Shown in pieces: positions 1 through 9,135 of a stretch of DNA of 14,875 nucleotides. The stretch covers positions 1-14,875 of the forward strand of contig JBCDEZ010000037.1 in NCBI GenBank assembly GCA_039179045.1. Direction: 5' to 3'. The DNA is from Chlamydiota bacterium. Lineage in GTDB: Bacteria; Chlamydiota; Chlamydiia; Chlamydiales; SM23-39. Below the pieces are notes generated by a model. That model made no database searches. It had not been told where the DNA came from and saw only the letters and a program-made list of their open reading frames with translations. Position 1 is the first letter of the stretch. The number at the start of each line of letters is the position of its first letter. The translations under genes and the position numbers were made by a program.

Positions 1-207
1 GAGCGAAGGGATCTTGGCCTAGATGAGGTGGGCATAAGTCTTTGGGGGGAACTGACGGGATACTCGCGGAGAGCTCTTGTAGAAACAGCATTCTCCAGGA
101 TGAAAGGACTCTATAGTCCCATGTTCTACTCAAGAAAACCAAGCGCTCAAAGAGTAGAAGGTTACTGAAAATGCCTGATGAATCAAATGATGAGAAACGG
201 GAGCTAG
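1..207 (+). pseudogene. IS5/IS903-type DDE transposase C-terminus with a premature stop
   Basis: Frame +1 reads ...LWGELTGYSRRALVETAFSRMKGLYSPMFYSRKPSAQRVEGY*KCLMNQMMRNGS*. This fits the IS903-group W..GY.RR...ET...R.K motif (YREK signature). There is an in-frame TGA at 166-168 and a terminal TAG at 205-207. Confidence 0.8.
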
Positions 208-263
208 AAAATCTTCAACGATAGTCCTGGTTGGTCTGAAAATCTAATTTTTTCAACAATGCC
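1..263 (+). mobile_element. 3' part of a degenerate IS5-family (IS903 group) insertion sequence, truncated by the window edge, ending in its right terminal inverted repeat (247-263)
   Basis: Contains a transposase C-terminal remnant (1-207). The reverse complement of 247-263 is GGCATTGTTGAAAAAAT, which resembles the IS903 terminus GGCTTTGTTGAATAAATC and matches 1311-1327 at 16/17 positions. Confidence 0.85.
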
Positions 264-365
264 AAAGTATAAGTTGAATGCACCGTCTTTTGATTTCTTC
301 TTTCGATTAATCCACCAGAGTTGTAGAATACTTTGTATGAATATTTTCTAATATAGGTAATTATT

Positions 366-854
366 ATGGGTGGTACAATACATTCTGACGGTGGTACAAT
401 ACATTCTGGCGTTGCTAGAAGGCTAACTTTTTATGACAATTTTGGATTCATATTGAAACCTAAGGGAATGGGGGAAGAAAGCTCTTTAACTCTCTCGGAT
501 ACGGCTAGGAATGTGGCACGCCTCCTCTTTCATGGAGCTACGCTCTTTTCCCCATTCGGCGGGGTAGTCGTTCAGGCGGTTACTGCTTATGAGTTTGGCA
601 GGACTTACTCCGTTATCCTGGGAGCAGCAGAACCAGAAGCGTCGTGGAGCGATTCCTATATTTCGGGAAGAGCCGTTCGACTGGGCTTGATGATCCTCAG
701 TCCTTATGCGTTGTTGATGGCCGACGCTGTGATGAATGTATACGATCATGGTGGACTCGACGCGGCCGTGGCCGGCGTGCAAAAAATTTGTGACAAACTT
801 GGTTCAATGAACATGGACCGAATTTTTCAGGAATTGGAATTATCTATAGGCTGA
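366..854 (+). CDS. Hypothetical protein, 162 aa, with hydrophobic segments (possible membrane or secreted protein)
   Basis: ATG-started ORF with a weak SD (AGGT) just upstream in an AT-rich region. Hydrophobic stretches are LLFHGATLFSPFGGVVVQAVTAY and LGLMILSPYALLMADAVM. No family recognised. Confidence 0.6.
   Translation: MGGTIHSDGGTIHSGVARRLTFYDNFGFILKPKGMGEESSLTLSDTARNVARLLFHGATLFSPFGGVVVQAVTAYEFGRTYSVILGAAEPEASWSDSYISGRAVRLGLMILSPYALLMADAVMNVYDHGGLDAAVAGVQKICDKLGSMNMDRIFQELELSIG
369..410 (+). repeat. Tandem duplication of a 21-bp unit encoding GGTIHSD/GGTIHSG
   Basis: GGTGGTACAATACATTCTGAC (369-389) is followed by GGTGGTACAATACATTCTGGC (390-410); 20/21 identical and in frame. Confidence 0.95.
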
Positions 855-1310
855 GACAAGTCAAGCGTACTATATACAGGCCAAATCTCTAGATGCGTAC
901 TTTGTACCCTGGAAGGGTTCTGTTTTCGATTGAAATAGACATACATAGCTCATAGCTCTCTTTTGCAAAGAGTTGCACAAGGGAATTCTACGGCATCAAT
1001 CCGGTGGGGATTTTGGAGACTTTATCCCCACTTGCTTCATCTCTTTTCTAGGAACTGAAGAAACGAATTGCAAAATACCTCCTGCCTATGTTCTTCCGTT
1101 TGATCCAATCCTCCAGGTTCAATGGGTACATTTGCAAGAGAACCTCAGGAAAGAAAGCGTGGTTCTTTTTTGAGAAATTCAAAAAGATTCTACTGGCTAG
1201 AATGGCCGATCCTGCATCTTCCGCACCAGTAACTAAAAAGAAAATTTGTAATATAAATTGCCATACTGGGACTGTTGGGGACTAGGGATTTTTTGTAATA
1301 CTGTTTATAC

Positions 1311-1762
1311 GGCCTTGTTGAAAAAATCTCTAAGAAAAACTCGATAAAAAGCCCATAAAGAAGCAAAGCTCCTTCGCTGTAAAAAATCTAAGGAGCTTCT
1401 GCTGCAAAAATGCCATTGGAAAAGAGTTAACCGAGAATTGGTAAAAAGAGGGAGTCTCACTTTTTTATAGACAAAGCTTGCTTCTCTCAGCCAGTGAAGG
1501 GGAAGAAATTGCGAGGTAGGCCCAAGCTCTACCACCCACCCTCTTATTCAACTCCTGCTTATTCTTAACATCCAGTATCGACCCACCTATCGCGGATGGG
1601 AAGGGTTCTCCAAATCTTTACTTCCTTCTTATGCAGAAAGACATCCTATTGCCTACTTATTTGTTGATCTGTAAGCGAGCTCCCGAATGGGGAGGCCCGA
1701 GCTATCAAAGCGAAAACCTCAAGTAACATGCTTGATGCTAAAGGAATCAAAGTTGCGAATGG
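1311..1762 (+). mobile_element. 5' part of a second, more decayed IS5-family (IS903 group) element: left inverted repeat plus frameshifted transposase N-terminus
   Basis: Left IR GGCCTTGTTGAAAAAAT at 1311-1327. Across several frameshifts the DNA reads QKCHWKRVNRELVKRGSLTF / IDKACFSQPVKGKKLRGRPKLY / LIQLLLILNIQYRPTYRGWEGFSKSLLP / ILLPTYLLICKRA / ELSKRKPQV / MLDAKGIKV / EW. These parallel the IS903-group motifs NW..YN..L..RGSLTFW, RGRP..YS, LR...GF, PDY...S.R and IDSTGLKV.GEGEW. Similarity ends near 1762. Confidence 0.82.
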
Positions 1763-1844
1763 TAGCCGTATTGCCTCGAAAAACGAAACCGAACGCAGGT
1801 TTTCCGGAGTATCAATCAAATAAGCAATTTTACAGCTTAAATTA

Positions 1845-1992
1845 CTATAGTAGAACTGCACCAGCAATTCCACGAAGGGTTCAACCCTTATTGTCTTAAA
1901 GGATCAGAGCATTGGTCCCGAACACAGCCGTCTTGCTCTTTCTTATATTGCATCTTTAAAGCTTTCTTTTCTTCTAGAGTCAAATGAGCCAT
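1845..1992 (-). pseudogene. Probable IS630-family transposase N-terminal (HTH) remnant
   Basis: The minus strand from ATG 1992 reads MAHLTLEEKKALKMQYKKEQDGCVRDQ, then after a frameshift ALIL*DNKG*TLRGIAGAVLL*. This resembles the recalled IS630 N-terminus LT.E.K..L..QH..E.D.RVRDRI.AVLL..EGW....IA..L. Confidence 0.6.
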
Positions 1993-2167
1993 CAAAAATG
2001 TTATACGAAATTGCACCTGTTTGCCGATGAAAAATTCCTATGGCAAATCTTCACTCAAGATGGGTAACTATCGGAAGACCACACCCTGAAAAGAACGTCG
2101 AAAAAACAGTAAAAGACATCTCGTATTTAGACTGTCTTTCCTGTCTAATGAATATGTTTATTGCGCC

Positions 2168-2962
2168 CTAGATAATTGTTAAATCTATTTGAACCAGCTT
2201 TTGTTCTTCCGTAGAGTGGGGATGCTCCCGGACCTTTTGAGCAACCTCGTTTACCCTGCGAGTTAAACTCTCATTTGCGTGCACAACCTTTCTACTCTGA
2301 AAAAGCAATACTAGCAAGGATAGTCCCACGAAACAAAGCACGGCCACTGAGATTGCTTCTGAGTGGGGCAACTTTTGCAAGCTCAAGCTAGGAAGTAAAA
2401 CGGCAGGACCTGCACTCGCGAGTCTTGCCCGAGTGACATACGTCTCTGCAAGCTTTACTGCTTGACGGAGTACCTGCAATTCTGGATCTTCATCCATGGA
2501 TACGCAGCAATGGGAATATTCCGTTTTTTCCTCCTCACTCTCTATACCATCAGATAAGAGCTTGTAACGAGAGCAGCCCATCAGGGATAAGAACAAGTCG
2601 AAATAAGAATCGGTTTTTTGAGCCAAGTGACCCAATCCTAAATTGCACAAAACTCTCAGTTCGCGCTCATCTTGTTCGTAATAGTGATAAACACGATTCA
2701 GAAACCAACCCAAAAATAAACACACTCCCGCAGTGAAAAATAGCCCTATATTTTCTACCTTGGAAATGTCTCTTTCCGAAAAAGCGCTCATAAATCCAGT
2801 TCCGAGGAAATGCGCCAAAACTCCTCCCAACTGGAAGAGTGATAGAGGTGCAGAGCACCGAAAGTGCTCTTCTCGAAACTTTTCGAAATTGGTAGCCTGC
2901 CGATCTTTATCATCGACAGGGATGAAGGAATTCCTAGAAACCTCTCCAGTTGCGTTTGCCAT
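2168..2962 (-). CDS. Hypothetical membrane protein, about 264 aa, with two bilobed hydrophobic domains (Inc-like)
   Basis: The probable start is ATG 2962 (MANATGEVSRNS) preceded by SD AAGGA, rather than TTG 2980. Paired hydrophobic segments are PLSLFQLGGVLAHFLGTGFMSAF / IGLFFTAGVCLFLGWFL and LASAGPAVLLPSLSL / AISVAVLCFVGLSLLVLLF, followed by a coiled-coil-like tail. Confidence 0.75.
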   Translation of the reverse strand: MANATGEVSRNSFIPVDDKDRQATNFEKFREEHFRCSAPLSLFQLGGVLAHFLGTGFMSAFSERDISKVENIGLFFTAGVCLFLGWFLNRVYHYYEQDERELRVLCNLGLGHLAQKTDSYFDLFLSLMGCSRYKLLSDGIESEEEKTEYSHCCVSMDEDPELQVLRQAVKLAETYVTRARLASAGPAVLLPSLSLQKLPHSEAISVAVLCFVGLSLLVLLFQSRKVVHANESLTRRVNEVAQKVREHPHSTEEQKLVQIDLTII

Positions 2963-3137
2963 AATATTTCCTTTCAACAAATTTGCAAAAGAATCTACAA
3001 AGCGCTCGAGTAAAATACAATATTTTTATGAGAAAAACCAGAGGTACCATCTGTAAAGCTCCTGCTCCTGAAAATCTCCACTCTTGATTGCAAGAGATAT
3101 TTTTGTAAGAATATATAAGTAATCTACTGTCGGTGCT

Positions 3138-3872
3138 GTGGACGGTCCCCCCTCTATTTTAGAAGTTTTTGAGATCGAAATATCCTCGCGAGGAAAAGCG
3201 ATCTTGCAGCGAGTATCCTTGCAGATCTTCCCAGGGGAGATTGTCGGCTTATTGGGTCCAAATGGCAGCGGCAAAAGCACACTATTCCACACAGTCATGG
3301 GGATCTTGCGTCCAAAAAAAGGCAAGATTTTTCTCGAGGGAAATGAGATAACGCAGCTTCCTTTGCACAGGCGCGCATATCTAGGAATGGGCTACCTTTG
3401 CCAAGAACCTTCGGTATTGGCAAGCCTAAGTGTGGAAGATAATCTCCTTGCGATCTTAGAACTTTTACCTTATAGCAGAGAAGAGCGCTATGCGATTTTG
3501 GAAGAGCGCTTGCGCGAGCTTGATTTGCACAAAGTGCGCAAAAGCAGAGCTGGAAAGCTCTCTGGAGGAGAAAGAAGACGCCTCGAGATCACGCGCACAC
3601 TCCTAAAAAAACGGTCCCTTCTTCTTCTTGACGAGCCTTTTGCCAACATCGATCCTCTCTCGATCGAAGAAGTAAAAGAGCTCATGCAACGCTTGAAACG
3701 AGAAGGGCTTGCGATCTTCATCACCGACCACAACGCACGCGAGCTGTTATCGCTTGTAGACCGGTGCTATCTCCTTTTTCAAGGCAAAATTCTCTACTCG
3801 GGCACACCCGAAGAGATGATGGAAAACGGAACCGTGAAACGCCTCTACCTAGGAGAGGCGTTTGCTATGTAA
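3138..3872 (+). CDS. lptB: LPS export ABC transporter ATP-binding protein LptB
   Basis: Walker A GLLGPNGSGKST, Q-loop GYLCQEPS, signature LSGGERRRLEI, Walker B LLLDEPFANIDP, LptB-typical ITDHN and C-terminal VKRLYLGEAF. The GTG start is uncertain. Confidence 0.88.
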   Translation: MDGPPSILEVFEIEISSRGKAILQRVSLQIFPGEIVGLLGPNGSGKSTLFHTVMGILRPKKGKIFLEGNEITQLPLHRRAYLGMGYLCQEPSVLASLSVEDNLLAILELLPYSREERYAILEERLRELDLHKVRKSRAGKLSGGERRRLEITRTLLKKRSLLLLDEPFANIDPLSIEEVKELMQRLKREGLAIFITDHNARELLSLVDRCYLLFQGKILYSGTPEEMMENGTVKRLYLGEAFAM

Positions 3873-3895
3873 TCAGAGAAGCAATCCAGAATTTT

Positions 3896-4312
3896 TCAAG
3901 CAAAAAGATCTTGTTCTTCAAAAAAGAAACCGATCTCTTTTTTTGCATTCTCTAAGCTGTCAGAGCCGTGTACCGCGTTTTCCCCTACACTTTCCCCGTA
4001 GAGATAGCGAAGAGTTCCAGGTGCTGCTTTTTTCGGATCAGTTGCTCCCATAATTTTGCGCACGCGCTGTACCGCTTCTGCCCCTTGCAAGACTAGGGCA
4101 ACAATTGGTCCCGAAGACATGAAAGCAACAAGCTCAGCAAAAAAGGGGAGATGTTGGTGAATCGCATAAAACTCCGCTGCCTTGTTTTCTGAAAGAGAAA
4201 GCATCTTTAAGGCGACGATTTTCAAACCCTCTTTTTCAAAGTGGGCAAGTATGGCTCCAATTGCGCCTTTAGATGTTGCATCTGGTTTCACAAGCGATAA
4301 TGTTTTTTCCAT
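3896..4312 (-). CDS. ndk: Nucleoside diphosphate kinase
   Basis: EKTLSLVKPDA, FMSSGPIVALVL, GATDPKKAAPGTLR and the catalytic NAVHGSDS motif. SD GAGGT lies upstream of the ATG. Confidence 0.97.
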   Translation of the reverse strand: MEKTLSLVKPDATSKGAIGAILAHFEKEGLKIVALKMLSLSENKAAEFYAIHQHLPFFAELVAFMSSGPIVALVLQGAEAVQRVRKIMGATDPKKAAPGTLRYLYGESVGENAVHGSDSLENAKKEIGFFFEEQDLFA

Positions 4313-4478
4313 AAGGTGACCTCAATTTCTTCTACTCTATTTGGATAGCCTCGAAGAGGATTCCATGCTTTGAATCTACTCCCTACCTGGATGTATCGAG
4401 AAAAGGCTCGTCTGGGCCTATGCACTTTCTCTTTGCAAAAAAAGAAAAGAGCTCTTGCATCCAAGAAAGAAGAATTCT

Positions 4479-4508
4479 ATTCTAGCAAGGAATCCCTTTG
4501 CAAAGCAA
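4479..4508 (-). promoter_or_regulatory. Putative sigma70(66)-type promoter for ndk
   Basis: Minus strand TTGCTT (4508-4503)-N18-TAGAAT (4484-4479) with an extended -10 TGn. Confidence 0.45.
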
Positions 4509-4558
4509 CGGATCTTTGACTATAGCTTAGATGGAAGAAGTGCGTTTTTGGAAAAACA

Positions 4559-5659
4559 TTACAAAGAAAGTGCTTTTTTATTCTTGAAGCGATCTAGGTA
4601 ATCGAGAGCCTTACCAGTACCAAGACAAACGGCCAAAAGAGGATTGTGTGCTACAAAGACAGGAAGTCCTGTCTCTTTGATCAATGCCTTATCGAGTCCC
4701 TTGATGAGGGCGCCTCCACCTGCTAGCACCATCCCCCGCTTCTCAACGAGGTCGGCTGCAAGCTCTGGAGGGCACTTTTCCAAGGTGAGTTTGACACTTT
4801 CTACGATCTGTTGCACAGGTTCTGCTAAACACTCACGAATCTCGACGGAGTTGATCCTTTTGGTGATCGGAAGGCCGGAGACCTGATCGCGGCCACGCAC
4901 CTCCATTTCCAGTTCATGATCTCCTAAGGGATAGGCCGAACCAATGGTAATCTTGATTTCTTCTGCTGTACGCAGTCCAATCATTAGGTTGTAAGTACGA
5001 CGCATGTAATTCATGATGCAGTCGTCAAACTCATCTCCCGCCACCCGAAGGGATCGAGACTCGACGATGCCTCCGAGGGAAATGATCGCAATCTCTGTAG
5101 TACCTCCGCCAATATCGATGATGAGGTTTGCAGAGGGCTCGTGGACAGGAAGATCGACCCCAATGGCCGCTGCCATGGGTTCTTCAATCAGAACGACCTC
5201 TTGAGCGCCGGCATGCAGCGCAGAGTCCTTGACCGCTCTTTTCTCCACACCTGTGATTCCTGAGGGAACTGCAATCAAGATTTTAGGGCCAAACAAGCTT
5301 CTCGAGGGATGGACCCGCTTGATGAGAGCTTTGAGCATACCCTCTGCAATCTCGAAATCGGCGATGACGCCATCTTTCATAGGGCGCACTGCGTGAATCT
5401 GCCGAGGAGTTTTTCCAAGCATTGCTTTCGCTCGGTGGCCGACTGCAAGTACTTCGTTAGTAATGGAATCTACGGCAACCACTGAAGGCTCAGCGAGTAC
5501 AATTCCTTTGCCTTTTACGTAGACAAGGGTGTTAGCTGTGCCAAGATCGATACCGATATCATTAGAAAAAATAAGGGGAAGATTCCGGGACTTTTCGAGA
5601 ACTCTTCTCCTAGCGCGCTCAAAGAGGCTCTTGAGGAGTTCTTGCAGGGAGGGACGCAT
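4559..5659 (-). CDS. mreB: Actin-like cell shape/division protein MreB with a chlamydia-type N-terminal extension
   Basis: [40 protein letters not shown] and [12 protein letters not shown] motifs. An amphipathic-looking leader of about 30 aa ([19 protein letters not shown]) precedes the core. Confidence 0.97.
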   Translation of the reverse strand: MRPSLQELLKSLFERARRRVLEKSRNLPLIFSNDIGIDLGTANTLVYVKGKGIVLAEPSVVAVDSITNEVLAVGHRAKAMLGKTPRQIHAVRPMKDGVIADFEIAEGMLKALIKRVHPSRSLFGPKILIAVPSGITGVEKRAVKDSALHAGAQEVVLIEEPMAAAIGVDLPVHEPSANLIIDIGGGTTEIAIISLGGIVESRSLRVAGDEFDDCIMNYMRRTYNLMIGLRTAEEIKITIGSAYPLGDHELEMEVRGRDQVSGLPITKRINSVEIRECLAEPVQQIVESVKLTLEKCPPELAADLVEKRGMVLAGGGALIKGLDKALIKETGLPVFVAHNPLLAVCLGTGKALDYLDRFKNKKALSL

Positions 5660-5682
5660 AAAGGCACCTTGACTATATCCGG

Positions 5683-8600
5683 CTAGGTCTGGAGAAGTTC
5701 TAAAACATCTTCCCAGGTAAGCTTACTAATCATCTCATCATCGCAACTTACTACTTTCTTGACGAGACCTTTTTTCCGTTTTTGCATGTCCACAATCTTT
5801 TTCTCGATGGTATTTTGCGTGATCAGTTTGTACGAAGAGACAGGAAGCGTTTGCCCCATGCGGTGTACCCGGTCTGTCGCTTGGCTCTCCACAGCAGGAT
5901 TCCACCACATGTCGTAGTGGATAACTGTGTCGGCTCCAACAAGGTTGAGCCCTGTTCCTCCCGCTTTCAAAGAGACAAGAAAAACAGGAATGTTCCGGTT
6001 TTCATTGAATTCTTTCACGATTTCAAGACGATTTTTGCTCGATCCGTCGAGGTAGGAAAAGGGTATACCCTTTTGCGTGAAGTCTCTTCGCATGATCTGT
6101 AACATGCGCGTATACTGACTGAATATGACCGTTTTGTGTTTCCCCTCAACAAGGGTTTGCAACAGCTCGAGGAGCATCTCATATTTTGCCGAGTCGTTGG
6201 GTTCGGCCTCTTCTTTTGCAAAAATAGCAGGGTGGCAACAGATCTGCTTGAGTCTTGTGAGCGTAGCGAGCACATGGATATGCACCTTTTCAAAGCCATC
6301 TCTTTCCACGAGCTTTTCGAGCTCGTCGCGTGCAGAGCGCGCATACGACTCATAGAGCTGCTTTTGTAGATCGGACAAGGTGCAGTGGTACTCAATTTCC
6401 TCTACAGGAGGAAGCTCTGTAAGGACATCTTCTTTCATACGACGGAGAATGAAAGGACCGATCTTTCGGCGTAGGTGTTGTATGTGTAGTTCTTGCTCTT
6501 CTTTAGGAGCTCGTACGTATTTTTCCGCGAACCTCTCGAAAGAAGAGAGTAGGCCGGGCATAAGAAAATCGAATACGCTCCAGAGATCTTCTAAAGAATT
6601 TTCGATGGGCGTACCACTCAAAGCGAGGCGGTAGAGCGAGGGGATTTGCTTTACCGATTTCGCATTCCTCGTCCCCCGATTCTTGATGTGCTGCGCCTCA
6701 TCTAAGACCGCATAGGCAAAGTTGTGCTCTTCATAATAGCCAATGTCTTTTTGAAGAAGCGTGTACGAGGTGATGACCACGTCCCATGAGTCGATCCTCT
6801 CGATCATTTTCTTTCTAGCGCTCGGAACGCCATCGATCACAGCTACTTTGAGCTTCGGATTGAACCGAGCACACTCTTCTTTCCAATTATAAAGAAGAGA
6901 AGTGGGACAGACAATGATCGAGACAGAAGACCCCATCTGTTCGCGCATTTGCGATACGGCAGTAATGGCTTGAAGCGTTTTTCCAAGGCCCATATCATCG
7001 GCTAGAATCCCGTTTAGATGCATCTTGCGCAGGGTATTGAGCCACGCGACCCCCTCTTTTTGGTAGGTGCGGAGATCTGCTCCCACATTTTTGGGGAAAG
7101 GATCGAGTTCGATACTTTTGGTACCCAAAATTTGCGCTTGAACCTCTTCCAGTGCGGGAGAAATTGTTCCCTCGATAGGCAGACCATCAAAGGTCTTTTG
7201 GTCGATGCCCATGAGACTCCAGAGGGGACGGTCCTCCGTAAAAGAGTGGAGTTTTACAATCCCAAGCTCATCGAATAATTGCACAAGACGGGACATTTTG
7301 GGTAAATCGAGCACCAGTATCCGGGAAAATCGAGAAGTTTGGTTGCCTTTCGCTTTTTGTAGCTCAATGAAAGAGCGCTTCGATGCAATGCAATCCCAGA
7401 GGAGATCCACCTTGACCCCCTTAAGAGGGCCTTGTACCTCCACGTTTAGCCTGTAGTGCCCTACCTTTTCAGAGAGATTCAACGCGACTCGGAAGGTTGT
7501 CTTATCGTAGATAAACTGCTCGAGGAGGTTTTCTGGACAGTGAAAGGTTACATGATCTTGATTTTTGGGAACTGTGCCTGTCATGAACTCTACAATCTTT
7601 TTTTCCACCTTTAACGAGAAAACGCCTGTCTTCCGATCACAGACAAAATCTTGGAATAGCTCCTCAATGATTTTTCTCTCGCGCGTCAAATTCCTCGCCA
7701 AGATCCCCCGCTCTTCTACAAAAGATAGGATTTCTTTACCCTCGAGCTGCTCTGGGATAGCAGGTACGGTCCGCTTGTCGTAAACAAAATCCAAGGTAGC
7801 ATCGAGCTCCCCGTCGAGATACGATAGGTGGCATACCGCTTTCATATCTCCGGTGAAGGGCAACGTGACAAATCGATCGACTACATCGAGATTCGTTACC
7901 TGTCCGTAGCGGCGCAGCTCTGGCAGGGAATCTTCCACAAACGTTCCGAATAGAGGTTGGGGAATGGTCATTTCCCGTATAGCCAATACCTGTTTGAGGT
8001 GTGTCCTTTTGATATGCTGCGGAAACCGGAAAAAAGTATCCTTATAAACAAGCCCTGGTAGCGAAGAGGAAAAAAGACAAGCCTCTTCAATATGCACCTC
8101 ATCTTGCCCTAAAAGAAGGGTTGGTTTGATCAAAATTTTCGGAAAAGGGGGTCCCAAATACTCGAGATTGAACCGGAAAAATGCTGATGAAAACGAATAT
8201 TTCAAGGGCGTTTCCAAGTTCCCACTGAAGATACAGGGCATCGAAGCACTCTCCTCTCCCCTGTTAGTAAAATCTTGCTTCTGCCTACTCAACAGGTTGT
8301 CGTACACGAGCGCTAAAAGCATGCCGAATGCTTCAAAGTGGATGTATCCCGAGCGCTTCATCCGAGCAAGGGGACTTGGCATCTCCGCATGATTGAGTAA
8401 CAACTTGCATACTTTGGCATCGATTTCTGAAAAGGACCGGAGAGAAAACAGATAGCGTTTTCCCCCAATCAAGATGCTCTCTTCGTAACGAAGAGCCTCT
8501 AAAAACGTTGCAATGTTCGAGATTTGCAACGGTTTTGAGCGGAAAGGAAGACGCAAGGCGAGCTGGATTTCCACTTTCTTGCTTTTCTTCGTGAGCGATT

Positions 8601-9135
8601 GTGGATTGAACACCATCATCAGCTCGGCTTGGACTGAGGAGCACTCCTCACTTGTCAGAAAAAAGGGAGAGTGAGCTAATAGGACCGCTGCATTTTTGTA
8701 CTCTTGTAAAGTTTGCCTTTGCTGGATGATCTCTCTTTTTTCTACCTCTTTCGTTTTGGCCTGCTCAATAGTGGCCAAAAGCTCTTTTTCCGCTTGGTCT
8801 TGGTGACCTGCAAGGCGCGTTTCTTTCGAATAGGCAACAATGAGGGCATCGAGCTTCTCTTCAATGTAGAAGACAAGAGCTGCTAAATGTTGGCAGTCGT
8901 AACGGTAAGGACAGTCACAATTCGAATGGATGATTTGCGATTCAAAGCGATCGATTTCCATTTCGCTCTCATAGGTGTTTTCGTACTTGCCTGAGACTTT
9001 TGCCGCAATGCGCACAAGATCGTTTTCCAAACGAATGATTTTTGCTGAAAGAACATTGTTGTCCTGATAAAGCTGCTTTCCCTCCTTGAGAATTGCGGAA
9101 GAAAAATCTTGTTTAAGCTTGCGAAAGTTAAGCAT
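5683..9135 (-). CDS. SWIM zinc-finger SNF2-family helicase/ATPase, about 1150 aa
   Basis: SWIM motif [11 protein letters not shown], then [49 protein letters not shown] and [14 protein letters not shown] 9135 ([11 protein letters not shown]) is preferred over TTG 9147. Confidence 0.95.
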   Translation of the reverse strand: MLNFRKLKQDFSSAILKEGKQLYQDNNVLSAKIIRLENDLVRIAAKVSGKYENTYESEMEIDRFESQIIHSNCDCPYRYDCQHLAALVFYIEEKLDALIVAYSKETRLAGHQDQAEKELLATIEQAKTKEVEKREIIQQRQTLQEYKNAAVLLAHSPFFLTSEECSSVQAELMMVFNPQSLTKKSKKVEIQLALRLPFRSKPLQISNIATFLEALRYEESILIGGKRYLFSLRSFSEIDAKVCKLLLNHAEMPSPLARMKRSGYIHFEAFGMLLALVYDNLLSRQKQDFTNRGEESASMPCIFSGNLETPLKYSFSSAFFRFNLEYLGPPFPKILIKPTLLLGQDEVHIEEACLFSSSLPGLVYKDTFFRFPQHIKRTHLKQVLAIREMTIPQPLFGTFVEDSLPELRRYGQVTNLDVVDRFVTLPFTGDMKAVCHLSYLDGELDATLDFVYDKRTVPAIPEQLEGKEILSFVEERGILARNLTRERKIIEELFQDFVCDRKTGVFSLKVEKKIVEFMTGTVPKNQDHVTFHCPENLLEQFIYDKTTFRVALNLSEKVGHYRLNVEVQGPLKGVKVDLLWDCIASKRSFIELQKAKGNQTSRFSRILVLDLPKMSRLVQLFDELGIVKLHSFTEDRPLWSLMGIDQKTFDGLPIEGTISPALEEVQAQILGTKSIELDPFPKNVGADLRTYQKEGVAWLNTLRKMHLNGILADDMGLGKTLQAITAVSQMREQMGSSVSIIVCPTSLLYNWKEECARFNPKLKVAVIDGVPSARKKMIERIDSWDVVITSYTLLQKDIGYYEEHNFAYAVLDEAQHIKNRGTRNAKSVKQIPSLYRLALSGTPIENSLEDLWSVFDFLMPGLLSSFERFAEKYVRAPKEEQELHIQHLRRKIGPFILRRMKEDVLTELPPVEEIEYHCTLSDLQKQLYESYARSARDELEKLVERDGFEKVHIHVLATLTRLKQICCHPAIFAKEEAEPNDSAKYEMLLELLQTLVEGKHKTVIFSQYTRMLQIMRRDFTQKGIPFSYLDGSSKNRLEIVKEFNENRNIPVFLVSLKAGGTGLNLVGADTVIHYDMWWNPAVESQATDRVHRMGQTLPVSSYKLITQNTIEKKIVDMQKRKKGLVKKVVSCDDEMISKLTWEDVLELLQT

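Noticed and set aside
166..168. In-frame TGA codons (also in the IS630 remnant) considered as recoding or an alternative genetic code
   Set aside because: clpP ends in TGA, intact genes use TGG for Trp, and the neighbouring remnants also carry frameshifts. Ordinary decay explains them.
369..410. 21-bp repeat considered as a CRISPR array
   Set aside because: There are only two adjacent units, no spacers and no cas genes, and the repeat is in frame within an ORF.
973..1899. Short track ORFs 973-1173, 1088-1285, 1305-1535, 1646-1873 and 1687-1899
   Set aside because: They are chance frames or fragments overlapping IS remnants. 1687-1899 includes only a few true transposase residues.
2127..2148. 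TTAGAC/GTCTAA hairpin as terminator of the 2168-2962 gene
   Set aside because: It is a weak AT-rich 6-bp stem without a U-tract.
4453..4463. 11-mer TCTTGCATCCA shared with 9348-9358
   Set aside because: Two copies of an 11-mer in 15 kb are compatible with chance, and there is no further shared context.
2667..8644. Many 60-130 aa ORFs overlapping the 2168-2962 gene, lptB, ndk, mreB and the helicase
   Set aside because: They are nested in or antisense to well-supported genes and have no motifs.
5683..9135. SNF2 helicase as part of an anti-phage defence system
   Set aside because: No methylase, nuclease or other defence partners are adjacent, and it sits in conserved housekeeping synteny.
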